Shown: positions 50,271-61,172, counted from the stretch's first letter. The stretch is DNA of 64,000 nt from an uncultured Gemmatimonadales bacterium (GCA_963716255.1 OY970303.1:5888001-5952000); one strand, 5' to 3'. Notes: generated by a model not told the origin, from the sequence alone. Translations and numbers: made by a program.

Positions 50271-51472
50271 AGAGCATGCATCGCATCCGGGTGGCCGCCT
50301 CGCCGGCGGCGGCGGAGCCCGCGGCCGGCGGCAACGTCGCCGCCAACGGCAACGGCGGCGGGACGGCCGCCGGCGGAGGCGCCCCCGCGAGCGGGTACGA
50401 GATCCTGATCGGCTCGGGGCTGCTGGCCTCGGTCCCCTCGATCGTTTCCCGCTGCGCGCCGGCGTACCGCTACGCGGTGATCACCGACCACCACGTGGCC
50501 GAGCTGTACGCGCTGCGCATGGCGCGCGGCCTCCACGCCGCCGGGCACCGGGTGGAGACCTTCGCCTTTCCCGCCGGGGAAGCGCAGAAGACGCGCGAGA
50601 CCTGGGCGGAGATCACCGACGCCATGCTGGAGACGGGGATCGGGCGGGACTCGGCGGTGGTGGCGTTCGGCGGCGGCGTGGCGGGCGACCTGGGCGGCTT
50701 CGTGGCGGCCACGTACATGCGCGGCCTCCCGTTCGTCCAGGTGCCCACCAGCCTGCTGGCCATGATCGACGCGTCGGTGGGCGGCAAGGTGGGGGTGGAC
50801 ACCCCGGGCGGGAAGAACCTGGTGGGCGCCTTCCACCGGCCGTGCGCGGTGATCGTGGACCCCGACCTGCTGCGCACGCTCCCGCCGGAGCACCTGCGTG
50901 CCGGGCTCGCCGAGGCGGTGAAGCACGGCGCCATCGCCGACCGCGAGTACCTGGAGTGGATCGAGGAGTCGGCGCAACTGCTGGTGGCCGGCGACCCGGA
51001 GGCGCTGTCGCGGCTCATCGTGCGCTCCGTGGAGATCAAGGCGGAGATGGTGATGCGCGACGAGCACGAGACCGGCCCGCGCAAGCTCCTCAACTTCGGG
51101 CACACGGTGGGGCACGCGGTGGAGGCGCTCTCCGGCTACACCCTGCTGCACGGCGAGGCGGTGTCCATCGGGATGGTGGCGGAGACGCGCATCGCGGAGC
51201 GCATGGGCGTGGCGGGGAAGGGGACCACCGAGCGCCTGCGCCAGGTGCTGTCGCGCCTGGGGCTTCCCACCGCCATGCCCATGACCTGGAGCGCCGAGGA
51301 AGTGGTGTCGCGCACGCGGGTCGACAAGAAGGCGCGGGGCGACCGGGTCGAGTACGCGCTGATCTGTGCCCCGGGGGTGCCGGCGCAGGGGATCGACGGG
51401 CGCTGGGGGTACGCGGTGGCGGACGAGATCGCCAAGGGAGCGCTCGGCATCGGGGCGGGGGCGGGGGTTTGA
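50267..51472 (+). CDS. aroB: 3-dehydroquinate synthase
   Basis: GGGVAGD, DASVGGK, KNLVGAF, LNFGHTVGH, HGEAV. Confidence 0.95.
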   Translation: MKSMHRIRVAASPAAAEPAAGGNVAANGNGGGTAAGGGAPASGYEILIGSGLLASVPSIVSRCAPAYRYAVITDHHVAELYALRMARGLHAAGHRVETFAFPAGEAQKTRETWAEITDAMLETGIGRDSAVVAFGGGVAGDLGGFVAATYMRGLPFVQVPTSLLAMIDASVGGKVGVDTPGGKNLVGAFHRPCAVIVDPDLLRTLPPEHLRAGLAEAVKHGAIADREYLEWIEESAQLLVAGDPEALSRLIVRSVEIKAEMVMRDEHETGPRKLLNFGHTVGHAVEALSGYTLLHGEAVSIGMVAETRIAERMGVAGKGTTERLRQVLSRLGLPTAMPMTWSAEEVVSRTRVDKKARGDRVEYALICAPGVPAQGIDGRWGYAVADEIAKGALGIGAGAGV

Positions 51473-51519
51473 TGATGCGCTTCTTCTAGCTTCGGCGGGC
51501 GGCTCCGGGGCTGGCGGAT

Positions 51520-51667
51520 CGCTACGGAGCCGGACGATACTGCCGTCCGTCTCCTCCGCGGGCTCCGGGAACCCCGCCAAACGGCCGGCGGGTTTCCCTC
51601 TGCCGGAGGGAGCCTCGCCAAACGGCCGGCGAGTCTCCTTCCGTCAAAGATCATATGGGTACTGCGG
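51520..51667 (+). repeat. Family B triple-hairpin repeat, copy B2
   Basis: Same linkers as B1 (CGCTACGGAGCC, TCCGCGGGCTCCGGG, GGGTACTGCGG) with different, still-paired stems. Confidence 0.85.
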
Positions 51668-52230
51668 GAACTGCGAACGGCGCCCCGCCGGGAGATCCCG
51701 GTCCGGGGCGCCGTCTCTTCGGCCTCGCGTTCGACCGGGCGGCCGTCCTCCGGCTGGTGCCGGTGCTCCTCCTGCTCCACAACGCGGAGGAGGCGCTCTT
51801 CATGCGCGCCGTCCTCCCCCGGGTCGCCACCCTCGTACCGCCCGCGCTCCGGCACGTCGTCCCCGCCGTCACCTACCCGCAGTTCCTCCTCGCGCTCGCC
51901 GCCGTGACAGCCGTCCCGCTCGCCGTCGCCCTGGTGGGCGACCTCCGTGGGTCCGGCCCCGCGACGGTCTTCCTGCTGTTCGTGCAGGCGGTGCTGCTGG
52001 TCAACGTCCTTTCCCACGTCGCGTCCGCCGTTTTCCTGGCCGGGTATTCGCCCGGCCTCGCCACCGCGCTCGCCGTCAACCTGCCGTTCTCCGTGTACCT
52101 GCTGCGCCGCGCCCGCCAGGAGCGCTGGGTCGGCGGCCGGACGCTCCTGTCGCTCCTCCCCGCCGCGCTCCTCTTCCACGGCCCCGGCCTGCTCGCCCTG
52201 CTTGCCGCCGCCGGCCGGCTGGCCCGCTGA
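51655..52230 (+). CDS. HXXEE-domain membrane protein
   Basis: HNAEE, NVLSH, YSPGLATA; start uncertain because the ATG lies in the tail of repeat B2. Confidence 0.75.
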   Translation: MGTAGTANGAPPGDPGPGRRLFGLAFDRAAVLRLVPVLLLLHNAEEALFMRAVLPRVATLVPPALRHVVPAVTYPQFLLALAAVTAVPLAVALVGDLRGSGPATVFLLFVQAVLLVNVLSHVASAVFLAGYSPGLATALAVNLPFSVYLLRRARQERWVGGRTLLSLLPAALLFHGPGLLALLAAAGRLAR

Positions 52231-52332
52231 CGCACTGCGCTCCACCCCACCTACGAACGGCGCCCCTGCCGGGATCTCCCGGCCGGGGCGCCGCTCGCTT
52301 GCAGGCTGTTCCCTGTTCCCTGCCGTTCCGCC

Positions 52333-54582
52333 CTACCCCAGCATCTCCTTCATCCGGGCGAAGAAGTTTCCCTTCAGCTCCTGCCGGTCCTCCTCCGAAA
52401 GGGAGCTGGCGGAGCCCGAGCGGATCTCCATCAGCTCGCGGGGGACCTCCTTGAGGAAGCGGGAGGGCTGGCGCGGGACGGGCTCGCGCGGGGAGCGCGG
52501 GCGCGACTCGCCGTCCTCGTCCGTCGCGGGCTTGGGGCGGCCGCCGCCGCGCACGGCGCAGCCGGAAAGGGTGAGGCGGTGGCGGGCGCGGGTGATCCCC
52601 ACGTAGAAGAGGCGGCGCTCCTCGGCGATGGGGTCGGGGGCGCCGGGCTCCGTCTCGGCGACGGCGTGGACGCTGCGGGCGTGCGGAAGGATCTCCTCCT
52701 CCAGCCCCACCAGGAACACGTGCGTGAACTCCAGCCCCTTGGCCGCGTGCAGCGTCATCAGCGTGACCTTGTCGGCCTCCTCCTCCTTGTCCTTGTCCTT
52801 GCGGGAGTCCTCGTCCTCGGTGAGGGAGACGCGCTCCAGAAAGGATTCCAGGCGGGGGGGGTGCCAGTCGTCCTCCTCGTCGGGGAGCGGCTTCTCGGCC
52901 CAGGTGCGCGCCTCGTACGTGCCGATGGAGGCGATGAAGTCGCGCAGGTTGTCCACGCGGATCTCCGCCACCTTCTCGGCCTTGTTCTCGGCGCGGATCG
53001 CCTCCTCCAGGCGCACCCGCTTCAGGAACTCGCGGGCGAAGCCCTCCAGCGAGCGCCCCATGGGCTCGCCGGAGTGGATCGCGGCCTCCGCGGCCTGGAA
53101 CTCCGTGCGCGCCTCCTCCACCATCTCCACGAAGTGGCGCACCGCCTCCGCCTGGGCGCGCGACAGGCCGTCGTCGCCGCCCGCCTCCCGCAGGGCGTCC
53201 CACAGCGTCTGCTTCTTCAGGCGCGCCGACTCCACCAGCCTGAGGAGCGAGGTCCGCCCGATGCCGCGGGTGGGATAGTTGATCACCCGGCGCAGCGCCA
53301 CCTCGTCGCGCGGGTTGGTGACGATGCGCAGGTACGCCACCGCGTCCGCGATCTCCTTGCGGTCGAAGTACGAGGTGCCGCCCACCACCCGGTAGGGGAT
53401 GTTGGCGGCGCGCAGCGCCTCCTCCAGCGGGCGCGACTGCAGGTTGGTGCGGTACAGCACCCCGAAGTCGGCCCACTTCAGCTTCTCGGTGAAGCGCCGC
53501 AGCCCCGTCTCGCGCGCCACCATCTCCGCCTCCTCCTCCTCGGCGGTCTTTGCCCCGGAGCCGCGGAACTCCCAGTAGTCCAGCTTGGGCCCCGGGCCGT
53601 TCCCGGTGCGGAGGCGCTTCTCCTTGCGCGACGTGTTGTTGACGATGACCGCGTTGGCGGCGTCCAGGATGCGCTGCGTGGAGCGGTAGTTCTCCTCCAG
53701 GACCACCACCCCGGCGCCGGGGTAGTGGCGCTCGAAGTCCAGGATGCTGCGGTGGTCCGCGCCGCGCCACGCGTAGATGGACTGGTCGTCGTCGCCCACC
53801 ACGCACAGGTTCTTGCGCGGTCCCGCCAGAAGGCGCGCCATCTCCAGCTGCGCGCCGTTGGTGTCCTGGTACTCGTCGATCATCAGGTAGTGCCAGCGCT
53901 TCCATAGCGCCTCGCGCGTCCCGGCGTCCTCGCGCAGCAGCTGCACCGGGAGCAGGAGGAGGTCGTCGAAGTCGGCGGCGCCGGCCGCCCGCAGCGCCTC
54001 CTCGTAGCGCGGGTACACGTCCGCCGCCAGCACCGCGTAGTCGTCGGCGCGATTGCCGCGCACCTTTCCTTCGGCCACCTCGCGCGCCGCCTCCAGCGGG
54101 GTCACCAGGCGGTTCTTCCACGAGGAGATGGCGTGCAGCACCCGCTTGACGTCGAACTTGTCGTCGCCGGCGGTGGCGGCCACGTGCACCTCCTCGGCGA
54201 GGATGCGCTTGGCGAGCGACTGCTGGTCGCCGGTGGCGTAGATGGAGAACTTCCTGGGGAGGCCGATGCGCTCGCCGTGCTCGCGGAGGATGCGTGCCCC
54301 CAGCGAGTGGAAGGTGGAGAGCAGCACCCCCTTGGCCGGCTTCCCCACCATGGAGGCCACGCGCTCGCGCATCTCGCCGGCCGCCTTGTTGGTGAAGGTC
54401 ACGGCGAGGATGCGCCGCGGCTCCACGCCCTTGTTGAGCAGGTGGGCGATGCGGTAGACGAGCGTGCGCGTCTTGCCGGAGCCGGCGCCGGCGAGCACCA
54501 GCAGCGGCCCCTCGGTGGCGAGCGCGGCCTGCTGCTGCTCGGGGTTGAGCCCGCGGAGGTACTGGGGGACGTGGGACGACAA
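52333..54582 (-). CDS. UvrD/Rep/PcrA superfamily 1 DNA helicase
   Basis: AGAGSGKT, TFTNKAA, IDEYQDTN, VGDDDQSIY, NYRS, TLHAAKGLEF, EERRLFYVGITRA. Confidence 0.96.
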   Translation of the reverse strand: MSSHVPQYLRGLNPEQQQAALATEGPLLVLAGAGSGKTRTLVYRIAHLLNKGVEPRRILAVTFTNKAAGEMRERVASMVGKPAKGVLLSTFHSLGARILREHGERIGLPRKFSIYATGDQQSLAKRILAEEVHVAATAGDDKFDVKRVLHAISSWKNRLVTPLEAAREVAEGKVRGNRADDYAVLAADVYPRYEEALRAAGAADFDDLLLLPVQLLREDAGTREALWKRWHYLMIDEYQDTNGAQLEMARLLAGPRKNLCVVGDDDQSIYAWRGADHRSILDFERHYPGAGVVVLEENYRSTQRILDAANAVIVNNTSRKEKRLRTGNGPGPKLDYWEFRGSGAKTAEEEEAEMVARETGLRRFTEKLKWADFGVLYRTNLQSRPLEEALRAANIPYRVVGGTSYFDRKEIADAVAYLRIVTNPRDEVALRRVINYPTRGIGRTSLLRLVESARLKKQTLWDALREAGGDDGLSRAQAEAVRHFVEMVEEARTEFQAAEAAIHSGEPMGRSLEGFAREFLKRVRLEEAIRAENKAEKVAEIRVDNLRDFIASIGTYEARTWAEKPLPDEEDDWHPPRLESFLERVSLTEDEDSRKDKDKEEEADKVTLMTLHAAKGLEFTHVFLVGLEEEILPHARSVHAVAETEPGAPDPIAEERRLFYVGITRARHRLTLSGCAVRGGGRPKPATDEDGESRPRSPREPVPRQPSRFLKEVPRELMEIRSGSASSLSEEDRQELKGNFFARMKEMLG

Positions 54583-54865
54583 GGTGCGGAACGGCTAGGG
54601 AACAGGGAATCCACCCCGGACTGCCCCGTCCACCACCCCAGGGAAGAGGGAACAGCCCCCGAACTGCAAACGACCTCGGTCGTGCCGTCGCTGTCGTTGC
54701 AGGCTGTTCCCTGTTCCCTGCTCCCTGTTCCCTCGGGGTCCGGGGCGGGAGCGGGGGCGGCGGGAAGGACCCGAAGATACCCCCGCGCCCGACGGGTGTA
54801 AAGCGCTCCGAAAGGGGGGCGGGCGGGGGCGGGGGCGAGCAGCAAAAACTCCCGAAAAGCCGAGT

Positions 54866-54894
54866 TTGACGCGAATCGGTGTCCCCGCTATGTT
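54866..54894 (+). promoter_or_regulatory. sigma70-type promoter
   Basis: TTGACG-17 bp-TATGTT. Confidence 0.65.
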
Positions 54895-54934
54895 TGTCGC
54901 GGCGTTTCAGGCCGAACACCCGTCCGGAGGTTTC

Positions 54935-56533
54935 ATGGCGCTTCGCGACCGCTTCCGCGGTTCATCCGTAGCGGAAAGTCTGGCGCTCCGCGCTGCCGGC
55001 GACCCCAGCCGCACCTTCGTGGTGCTCGGGGACCGGAGACTCACCTACCAGCAGGTCGACGCGCAGTCCACGGCCCTCGCGGCCTCGCTCCACGAGCTGG
55101 GGATCGAGGCCGGGGACCGGATCGCGCTGAACCTTCCCAACTGGCCCGAGTTCGTCGTGGCGATGTTCGCGGCGGCAAAGCTCGGGGCCGTCATCGTCCC
55201 GCTGAACCCGCGCTACACCTCGCCCGAGCTGCAGTACATGCTGCGCCACTCGGAGACAGTGGTGGTGGTCACGGCGGAGAACTGGGGCGGCGTGGACTAC
55301 CTGGCGCGCTTCGAGAGCTTCCTCACCTCCCTCCCCGACCTGCAGTACGTGGTCTCGGTGGGCGAGGAGGACCTCTGGTACGACGATCGCATCTACCAGT
55401 TCGAGGACCTGCTGTCCAGCGGCGAGGGGCGCGAGCTCCCGGCCGTGCAGGCGAGCCCGGAGGACGTGTTCGCGATCCTGTACACCTCCGGCACCATGGG
55501 CAAGCCCAAGGGGGTTTCGCTCACGCACGCCAACCTGCTGGAAACGGCCGCCGCCACCTCGGAAGCGGTCGGCATGGTCGCGGACGACGTGGTCTTCGGC
55601 GTCAACTGCCTCTTCAACATCTTCGGGGTCGGCCCGGGGGTGCTGGGGACGCTTGCCGCCGGGGCCACGCTGGTCCTCCAGGAGGACCAGGACCCCGTGT
55701 GCTCGCTGGAGATCATCGAGCGGGAGCGGGTCACGGTGCACCACGGGGTGCCCACCACCTTCATCACGGAGCTGCGGGCGCAGGCGGAGGAGGCGCACGA
55801 CCTTTCCTCGCTGCGCACCGGGATCGTGGCGGGTGCCCCGGTGCCGGAAGAGCTGGTGGGGCGCCTCCAGCGGGAGATGGTCCCCGAGGTCCGCATCGGC
55901 TACGGGATGACGGAGACCGGCTCCATGATCTCGCTGACCCGCGCCGACGACCCGGTCGGAAAGCAGATCCGGACGGTGGGCCGCCCGCTGGACGGGGTGG
56001 AGGTGCGGGTGATCGACACCGACGGCTCCGTGCTCCCCGAGGAGTCGGTGGGCGAGGTGGCGATCCGGGGCCCCGGCGTGATGAAGGGGTACTACCGCCA
56101 GCCGGGGGAGACCTCGCACGCCTTCACCGCGGACGGCTTCTTCCTGACCGGCGACCTGGGGATGGTGGACGAGGAGGGCTACCTCCACATCATCGGCCGC
56201 AGGAAGGAGATGATCATCCGCGGCGGGTTCAACGTGTACCCGCGCGAGGTGGAGGACCGGCTGCACGCCCATCCCGCGGTGCTGGACGCGGCGGTGGTGG
56301 GGCTCCCGGACGAAGTGCTGGGAGAGATGGCGTGCGCCTGCATCGTACCCGTCGAGGGGGCGATCGTCACCGGCGAAGAGATCAAGGATTTCTGCCGCGA
56401 GGTGATGGCGGACTACAAGGTCCCCGACCTGGTCCGCTTTCTCGACAGCTTCCCGATGACCGGGAGCGGAAAGGTCCGCAGGGTGGAGCTCGCGCGCATG
56501 ATCAGCGCGGAAGAGTCGAGCCGCCGACCGTGA
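54935..56533 (+). CDS. Acyl-CoA synthetase (AMP-forming, ANL superfamily)
   Basis: YTSGTMGKPKG, YGMTE, TGDLG, GRRKEMIIRGG, SGKV. Confidence 0.92.
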   Translation: MALRDRFRGSSVAESLALRAAGDPSRTFVVLGDRRLTYQQVDAQSTALAASLHELGIEAGDRIALNLPNWPEFVVAMFAAAKLGAVIVPLNPRYTSPELQYMLRHSETVVVVTAENWGGVDYLARFESFLTSLPDLQYVVSVGEEDLWYDDRIYQFEDLLSSGEGRELPAVQASPEDVFAILYTSGTMGKPKGVSLTHANLLETAAATSEAVGMVADDVVFGVNCLFNIFGVGPGVLGTLAAGATLVLQEDQDPVCSLEIIERERVTVHHGVPTTFITELRAQAEEAHDLSSLRTGIVAGAPVPEELVGRLQREMVPEVRIGYGMTETGSMISLTRADDPVGKQIRTVGRPLDGVEVRVIDTDGSVLPEESVGEVAIRGPGVMKGYYRQPGETSHAFTADGFFLTGDLGMVDEEGYLHIIGRRKEMIIRGGFNVYPREVEDRLHAHPAVLDAAVVGLPDEVLGEMACACIVPVEGAIVTGEEIKDFCREVMADYKVPDLVRFLDSFPMTGSGKVRRVELARMISAEESSRRP

Positions 56534-56664
56534 CCGCTCCCACATCCACAACCGAGGCCTAGAGCCTCCACGACGAGACCCCTCCAGCCGTCCCCCGCCG
56601 CCGCCGAACCGGCCCGGGGTGAGGCGGAGGGGTCTCGCCGCAAACAAGGAAAAAATTGCGAGAG

Positions 56665-59454
56665 ATGAACCGGAGACCGTACAGCGCCATCTATGCCGGC
56701 GCACAGACCCACACGCACGCGCCCAACGCGGCGCTGCTGATCGACTTCGACAACGTCACGGTAGGAATCCGCAGTGACCTGGGCAAGGAGCTCAAGGCGC
56801 TCCTCAACTCGGACATCATCCGCGGCAAGGTGGCGGTGCAGCGCGCCTACGCGGACTGGCGGCGCTACCCGCAGTACATCGTGCCGCTGACCGAGGCCTC
56901 GGTCGACCTGATCTTCGCCCCCGCCTACGGCACCTCCAAGAAGAACGCCACCGACCTGCGCATGGCGGTGGACGCGATCGAGCTGGTGTTCACGCGGCCC
57001 GAGATCGGCACCTTCATCCTGCTCACCGGCGACTCCGACTTCTCCAGCTGCGTGCTGAAGCTCAAGGAGTACGGCAAGTACGTGATCGGGGTGGGGATGC
57101 GGGAGTCGTCGAGCGACCTGCTGATCCAGAACTGCGACGAGTACTACTCGTACCACTCGCTCTCGGGCCTGACGCGCGCCTCGGTGGGCGGGCAGGCGAT
57201 GAGCGAGGACCCCTGGATGCTGGTGGCGCAGGCCGCCCGGCAGATGGTCAAGGACCGGGACGCCATGCGACCGGACCGCCTCAAGCAGGTGATGCTGACG
57301 TTGGACCCGGGCTTCGACGAGAAGAAGCTGGGCTACAGCAAGTTCTCGCGCTTCGTGATCGACGCGGCGAACAAGGGCCTCATCCGCCTGAAGCGCGGCC
57401 ACGACGGGCAGCACGAGATCGCCCTTTCCGAGGACGACGGAACCCTGCCCTCGTCGTCGGCAGCCGCGCCGGCGGCGCCGCGCGAGGCCGCCGAGCCGCG
57501 CTACGAGGACCGGCCGCGCGAGCGGGACCGCGACCGGGGACGCGACCGGGGCCGGAACGGACGACGCGGCGGGCGCGACCGCGACCGCCGTCCGGACGCG
57601 CCGCCGCCGGCGGTGATGCCCGCCGTGATGGTGGAGACGCCGGACCACGGCCCCACCGAGCCCGAGGTGGTGGGGGTGCTGGAGCAGGTCAAGGGCGCGG
57701 AGGTGGTGGCGGAGCCGGTGTCCAGCCTGGACGGGGCGTACGCGCTCCTGCAGCACGCGGCGCGCTCGCTGGTGGGACGCGGCGGCGCGGCCCGCGACGC
57801 GGACGTGAAGCGCAAGATGCTGGAGATGGCGCCGGGCTTCGACGAGACCGGGCTGGGCTTCAGCAAGTTCTCGCGCTTCCTGCGCCAGGCACACGACGCC
57901 GAGGTGATCGACCTGCGCCGCAACGAAGACGGGAGCTACGAGGTGGCGCTCCCGTCCAGCGGCAAGCGGCTCGCCGCGCCGGACCTCCGCTACGCGGAGG
58001 GCGCTCCCGCCGCCGCGTCGGCGGAGCCGGCGCAGGCGGACGACGCGGCCACGGCCGCTCCCGCGATGGAGGCGGCGGAGACCCCCACCGGGGCTCCGGC
58101 TCGCGGCGGGCGCGGCCGGGGCCGCGGACGCCGCGGCGCGCCGGACGGCGTGCCGCCGATCCTCCCGGGCCAGGTGGCCGGGGTGGCGGCGGGTGAAGGC
58201 GCGGACGCCGGCGAAGTCGCCGCGGCGGAGGAGCCGGTCGCGGCCGGCCCGGTCGCCGAGGCGCTGGCCGAGGTGAGGGAGCCCGCCGCGGCTCCCGCGG
58301 CGGAGTCGGCGGAGACCGCCGCTCCGGCTCCGAGCGTGGAGGCCGCGGCGCCCGCCGCCGCCGAAGCGGCGGAAGGTGCCGCCGGCGGCCGGGTGAGCCT
58401 GCGCGGCCGCCGCGGCTCGCGGAGCCGTCCGGGCGCGCCGGAGGGTCCGCCGCCGCTCCTCCCGGGGCAGTCGGTCCCGTCCTCGCGCGCCGCGGCCGAG
58501 CCGCAGCCGCAGGCGTCGTCGCCCGAGGCCGAGGCCGCGCCCCCGGCCGCGGAGGAGGTGCCCGCGCTTCCCGCCGCGGGCGAGACCGTGGACGAGGCGC
58601 CGCAGGCGCAGGAGGAGGCCGCCGCCGAGACGCCGCGCAAGCGGAGCCGTTCGCGCGGCCGCGGACGCAAGGGACGCGGCGGCGACGCTGCGGACGCGGC
58701 GGAGCCGGATGTCGCCGAGGCGTCGGTTGTGGAGGAGGCTCCCGCCCCGGCGGAGGAGCCTGCTCCCGCCGCGCCCCCGGCCTTCTCGGCGGAGGCGCTG
58801 GGGCTGCCGGTCGGCGCGGCCGAGATCCAGGAGTACCTGGGCTCGTACAAGGGCGTCGGCAAGAAGACCGTGCAGTCGCTGACCGAGGCGGTGGGCGACG
58901 ACGTGTTCCGGGTGCTGGAGGAGGACCCGGACCGGGTGCGGCAGGTGCTCGGCGACCGGCGCGCCAACGCGCTGCTGGAGCAGTGGGCCGCCGACCGGGA
59001 CCGCCGCCGCGAGGAGCGCGCGGCGGAGGCCCCGGCCGCGCCCGAGGTCGTCCCCGCGGCGGAGGCAACGCAGGACGCCGCGGTCGGCCTGGCGGACGAG
59101 GACGGCACCGAGGGCTTCGAGGCCGGTGACGCCGGCGAGGCGGGCGAGGGCGGCGAGACCGCCGCCGCGGCCCGAAAGCGGCGCGGCCGCCGGGGCGGCC
59201 GCGGTCGCGGCCGCAAGACCGGCGGCGCCGACGCCGCGGGCGAGGTGCCGGCCGGCGAGGAGCCCGCGCCGGAGGCCCCGGCCCCCGCTCCCCCGGCACC
59301 CGAGGCGTCCGCGCCGGAGGGCGGCGACGAGGGCGAAGGTGAAGGCGAGGGCGGCGGCGACGCCGAGGGCGGCGAGGCGGCGGCGCGCAAGCGCCGCGGT
59401 CGCCGCGGCGGGCGCGGCCGCAGCAAGAAGAAGGATACCCCCGCCGCCGAGTGA
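56665..59454 (+). CDS. NYN (LabA/DUF88) nuclease with two LOTUS/OST-HTH domains, an HhH module and long low-complexity regions
   Basis: IDFDNV, KNATD, TGDSDF; two FDExxLGF/YSKFSRF repeats; [12 protein letters not shown]. Confidence 0.85.
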   Translation: MNRRPYSAIYAGAQTHTHAPNAALLIDFDNVTVGIRSDLGKELKALLNSDIIRGKVAVQRAYADWRRYPQYIVPLTEASVDLIFAPAYGTSKKNATDLRMAVDAIELVFTRPEIGTFILLTGDSDFSSCVLKLKEYGKYVIGVGMRESSSDLLIQNCDEYYSYHSLSGLTRASVGGQAMSEDPWMLVAQAARQMVKDRDAMRPDRLKQVMLTLDPGFDEKKLGYSKFSRFVIDAANKGLIRLKRGHDGQHEIALSEDDGTLPSSSAAAPAAPREAAEPRYEDRPRERDRDRGRDRGRNGRRGGRDRDRRPDAPPPAVMPAVMVETPDHGPTEPEVVGVLEQVKGAEVVAEPVSSLDGAYALLQHAARSLVGRGGAARDADVKRKMLEMAPGFDETGLGFSKFSRFLRQAHDAEVIDLRRNEDGSYEVALPSSGKRLAAPDLRYAEGAPAAASAEPAQADDAATAAPAMEAAETPTGAPARGGRGRGRGRRGAPDGVPPILPGQVAGVAAGEGADAGEVAAAEEPVAAGPVAEALAEVREPAAAPAAESAETAAPAPSVEAAAPAAAEAAEGAAGGRVSLRGRRGSRSRPGAPEGPPPLLPGQSVPSSRAAAEPQPQASSPEAEAAPPAAEEVPALPAAGETVDEAPQAQEEAAAETPRKRSRSRGRGRKGRGGDAADAAEPDVAEASVVEEAPAPAEEPAPAAPPAFSAEALGLPVGAAEIQEYLGSYKGVGKKTVQSLTEAVGDDVFRVLEEDPDRVRQVLGDRRANALLEQWAADRDRRREERAAEAPAAPEVVPAAEATQDAAVGLADEDGTEGFEAGDAGEAGEGGETAAAARKRRGRRGGRGRGRKTGGADAAGEVPAGEEPAPEAPAPAPPAPEASAPEGGDEGEGEGEGGGDAEGGEAAARKRRGRRGGRGRSKKKDTPAAE

Positions 59455-60062
59455 CGGTGGCGGGGAAGGGGGGGGCGGACCCGCGTCCGCTTCCCCCGGA
59501 GTTCTATGCCCGGGGCGCCGGGGAGGTCGCTCGCGACCTCCTCGGCGCTCTCGTCGTGTCCGGGATCGGGGGCGCGCGGTGCGTGGGCCGGATCGTGGAG
59601 ACCGAGGCGTACACCGGCCCCGACGACGAGGCCTCGCACGCGCACATCCGCTTCGGGAAGACGGTGCGCAACGCGGCCATGTTCGGCCCGCCGGGGATCG
59701 CCTACGTGTACCTCATCTACGGCATGCACTGGTGCCTCAACGTGGTCACCGGGCCCGAGGACTTCCCGGCCGCCATCCTGATCCGCGCGGCGAGGCCGGT
59801 GGAGGGGCTGGACTCCATGCGCGCCCGGCGTCCGGGGCGGCCGGACCGCGACCTGCTGCGCGGCCCCGGGAACCTGTGCCGCGCCCTGGGGGTCACCGCC
59901 GAGCACAACTTCCACCCGGTGCAGTCCGCCCCGCTCTGGGTGGCCTCCGGCGAGCCGGTGCCCGACGCGGACGTCGTGGCGGGCCCGCGCATCGGCATCA
60001 CCCGCGCGGCCGACGCGCCGCTGCGCTTCCGGGTCCGCGGCGATCCGTACGTGTCCAGATAG
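59451..60062 (+). CDS. mpg: 3-methyladenine DNA glycosylase (AAG/MPG family)
   Basis: [35 protein letters not shown]. Confidence 0.95.
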   Translation: MTVAGKGGADPRPLPPEFYARGAGEVARDLLGALVVSGIGGARCVGRIVETEAYTGPDDEASHAHIRFGKTVRNAAMFGPPGIAYVYLIYGMHWCLNVVTGPEDFPAAILIRAARPVEGLDSMRARRPGRPDRDLLRGPGNLCRALGVTAEHNFHPVQSAPLWVASGEPVPDADVVAGPRIGITRAADAPLRFRVRGDPYVSR

Positions 60063-60069
60063 GAGAACG

Positions 60070-60852
60070 ATGCGAGACAGCGACAACCTGATGGAGTTCG
60101 CGGTGCGCCTCGCCGGCAACGCCGGCTCGGTGACGCTGGACCACTTCGGCAGCGCCGCGGTGGAGCTCAAGGGCGACGGGAGCGAGGTGACCGCCGCCGA
60201 CCGCGCCGCCGAGGAGCTGGTGCGGAAGTCGCTGGCCGAGGCGTTCCCCGAGGACGGGATCGTGGGCGAGGAGGGCCAGGACGTGCCCTCGCGGAGCGGG
60301 CGCCGCTGGATCGTGGACCCCATCGACGGGACGCGCTCCTTCGCCTGCGGCGTGCCGCTGTACGCGGTGCTCATCGCGCTGGAGGAGGAGGGGCGGCCCA
60401 CGCTGGGGTGCTGCCACTTCCCGGCGCTGGGGGAAACGCTGGTGGCCGCGCGCGGGGCCGGGGCGTGGCACAACGGCAGGCCCGCCCGCATGTCCGGCGT
60501 GGAAGACCTGGCCTCCGCGCGGGTGGTGACCTCCGGGCTGGAGTACTGGCGCGACCGCTCCAGCGACGCCGACCGGGCCGGCTTCAACCGGCTGGTGCGC
60601 GCCACGCGCTTCTGCCGCACTTGGGGCGACGCGTACGGCTACTTCATGGTGGCCGTCGGCCGGGCGGACGTGTTCGTCGACCCGGTCTGCGGGGCGTACT
60701 GGGACTACGCGCCCATGCTCCCCATCTTCGCGGAGGCGGGCGGGCGCCTGACCACCTTCGCCGGGGAGCCGCTCTCTGCCTGGAGCTCATCCCTGGCCGC
60801 GAATCCCCGCCTGCACGAGGCCGCGGCCCGGGTCCTCGCCGGCGCCGGCTGA
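60070..60852 (+). CDS. Inositol monophosphatase-family protein (HisN-like)
   Basis: VTAAD, GEE, WIVDPIDGTRSF, WDYA. Confidence 0.88.
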   Translation: MRDSDNLMEFAVRLAGNAGSVTLDHFGSAAVELKGDGSEVTAADRAAEELVRKSLAEAFPEDGIVGEEGQDVPSRSGRRWIVDPIDGTRSFACGVPLYAVLIALEEEGRPTLGCCHFPALGETLVAARGAGAWHNGRPARMSGVEDLASARVVTSGLEYWRDRSSDADRAGFNRLVRATRFCRTWGDAYGYFMVAVGRADVFVDPVCGAYWDYAPMLPIFAEAGGRLTTFAGEPLSAWSSSLAANPRLHEAAARVLAGAG

Positions 60853-60882
60853 GCGCGGCGGGGTAAGCCGCCACTCGCTTCG

Positions 60883-60898
60883 TGGAACGTCCCTTGCC
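60883..60898 (+). promoter_or_regulatory. Putative sigma54 promoter of dodecin
   Basis: TGGAAC-GTCCC-TTGCC ~60 bp upstream of the ATG. Confidence 0.5.
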
Positions 60899-60956
60899 GG
60901 ACCCGGGATCGTCCCGGACGCGGGGTCCGGGGCGGTCACGAGACCCGGGAGGAACC

Positions 60957-61172
60957 ATGGCGGTCTACAAGTCGCTGGAGCTGGTGGGGACCTCCCCGCA
61001 GGGCTTCGACGAGGCGGTTCGCGCGGCGGTGAAGCGGGCGGGGGAGTCCATGCGCGACCTGGAGTGGATGGAGGTGGTGGAGCAGCGCGGCTACATCAAG
61101 GGCGGGGAGATCAACGAGTACCAGGTCAAGGTGCGCGTCTGGTTCAAGCTGGAGGACGGCGGCGGCGAGTAA
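60957..61172 (+). CDS. Dodecin (flavin-binding)
   Basis: VYKSLELVGTS, WMEVVEQRG, YQV; GGAGG RBS. Confidence 0.92.
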   Translation: MAVYKSLELVGTSPQGFDEAVRAAVKRAGESMRDLEWMEVVEQRGYIKGGEINEYQVKVRVWFKLEDGGGE

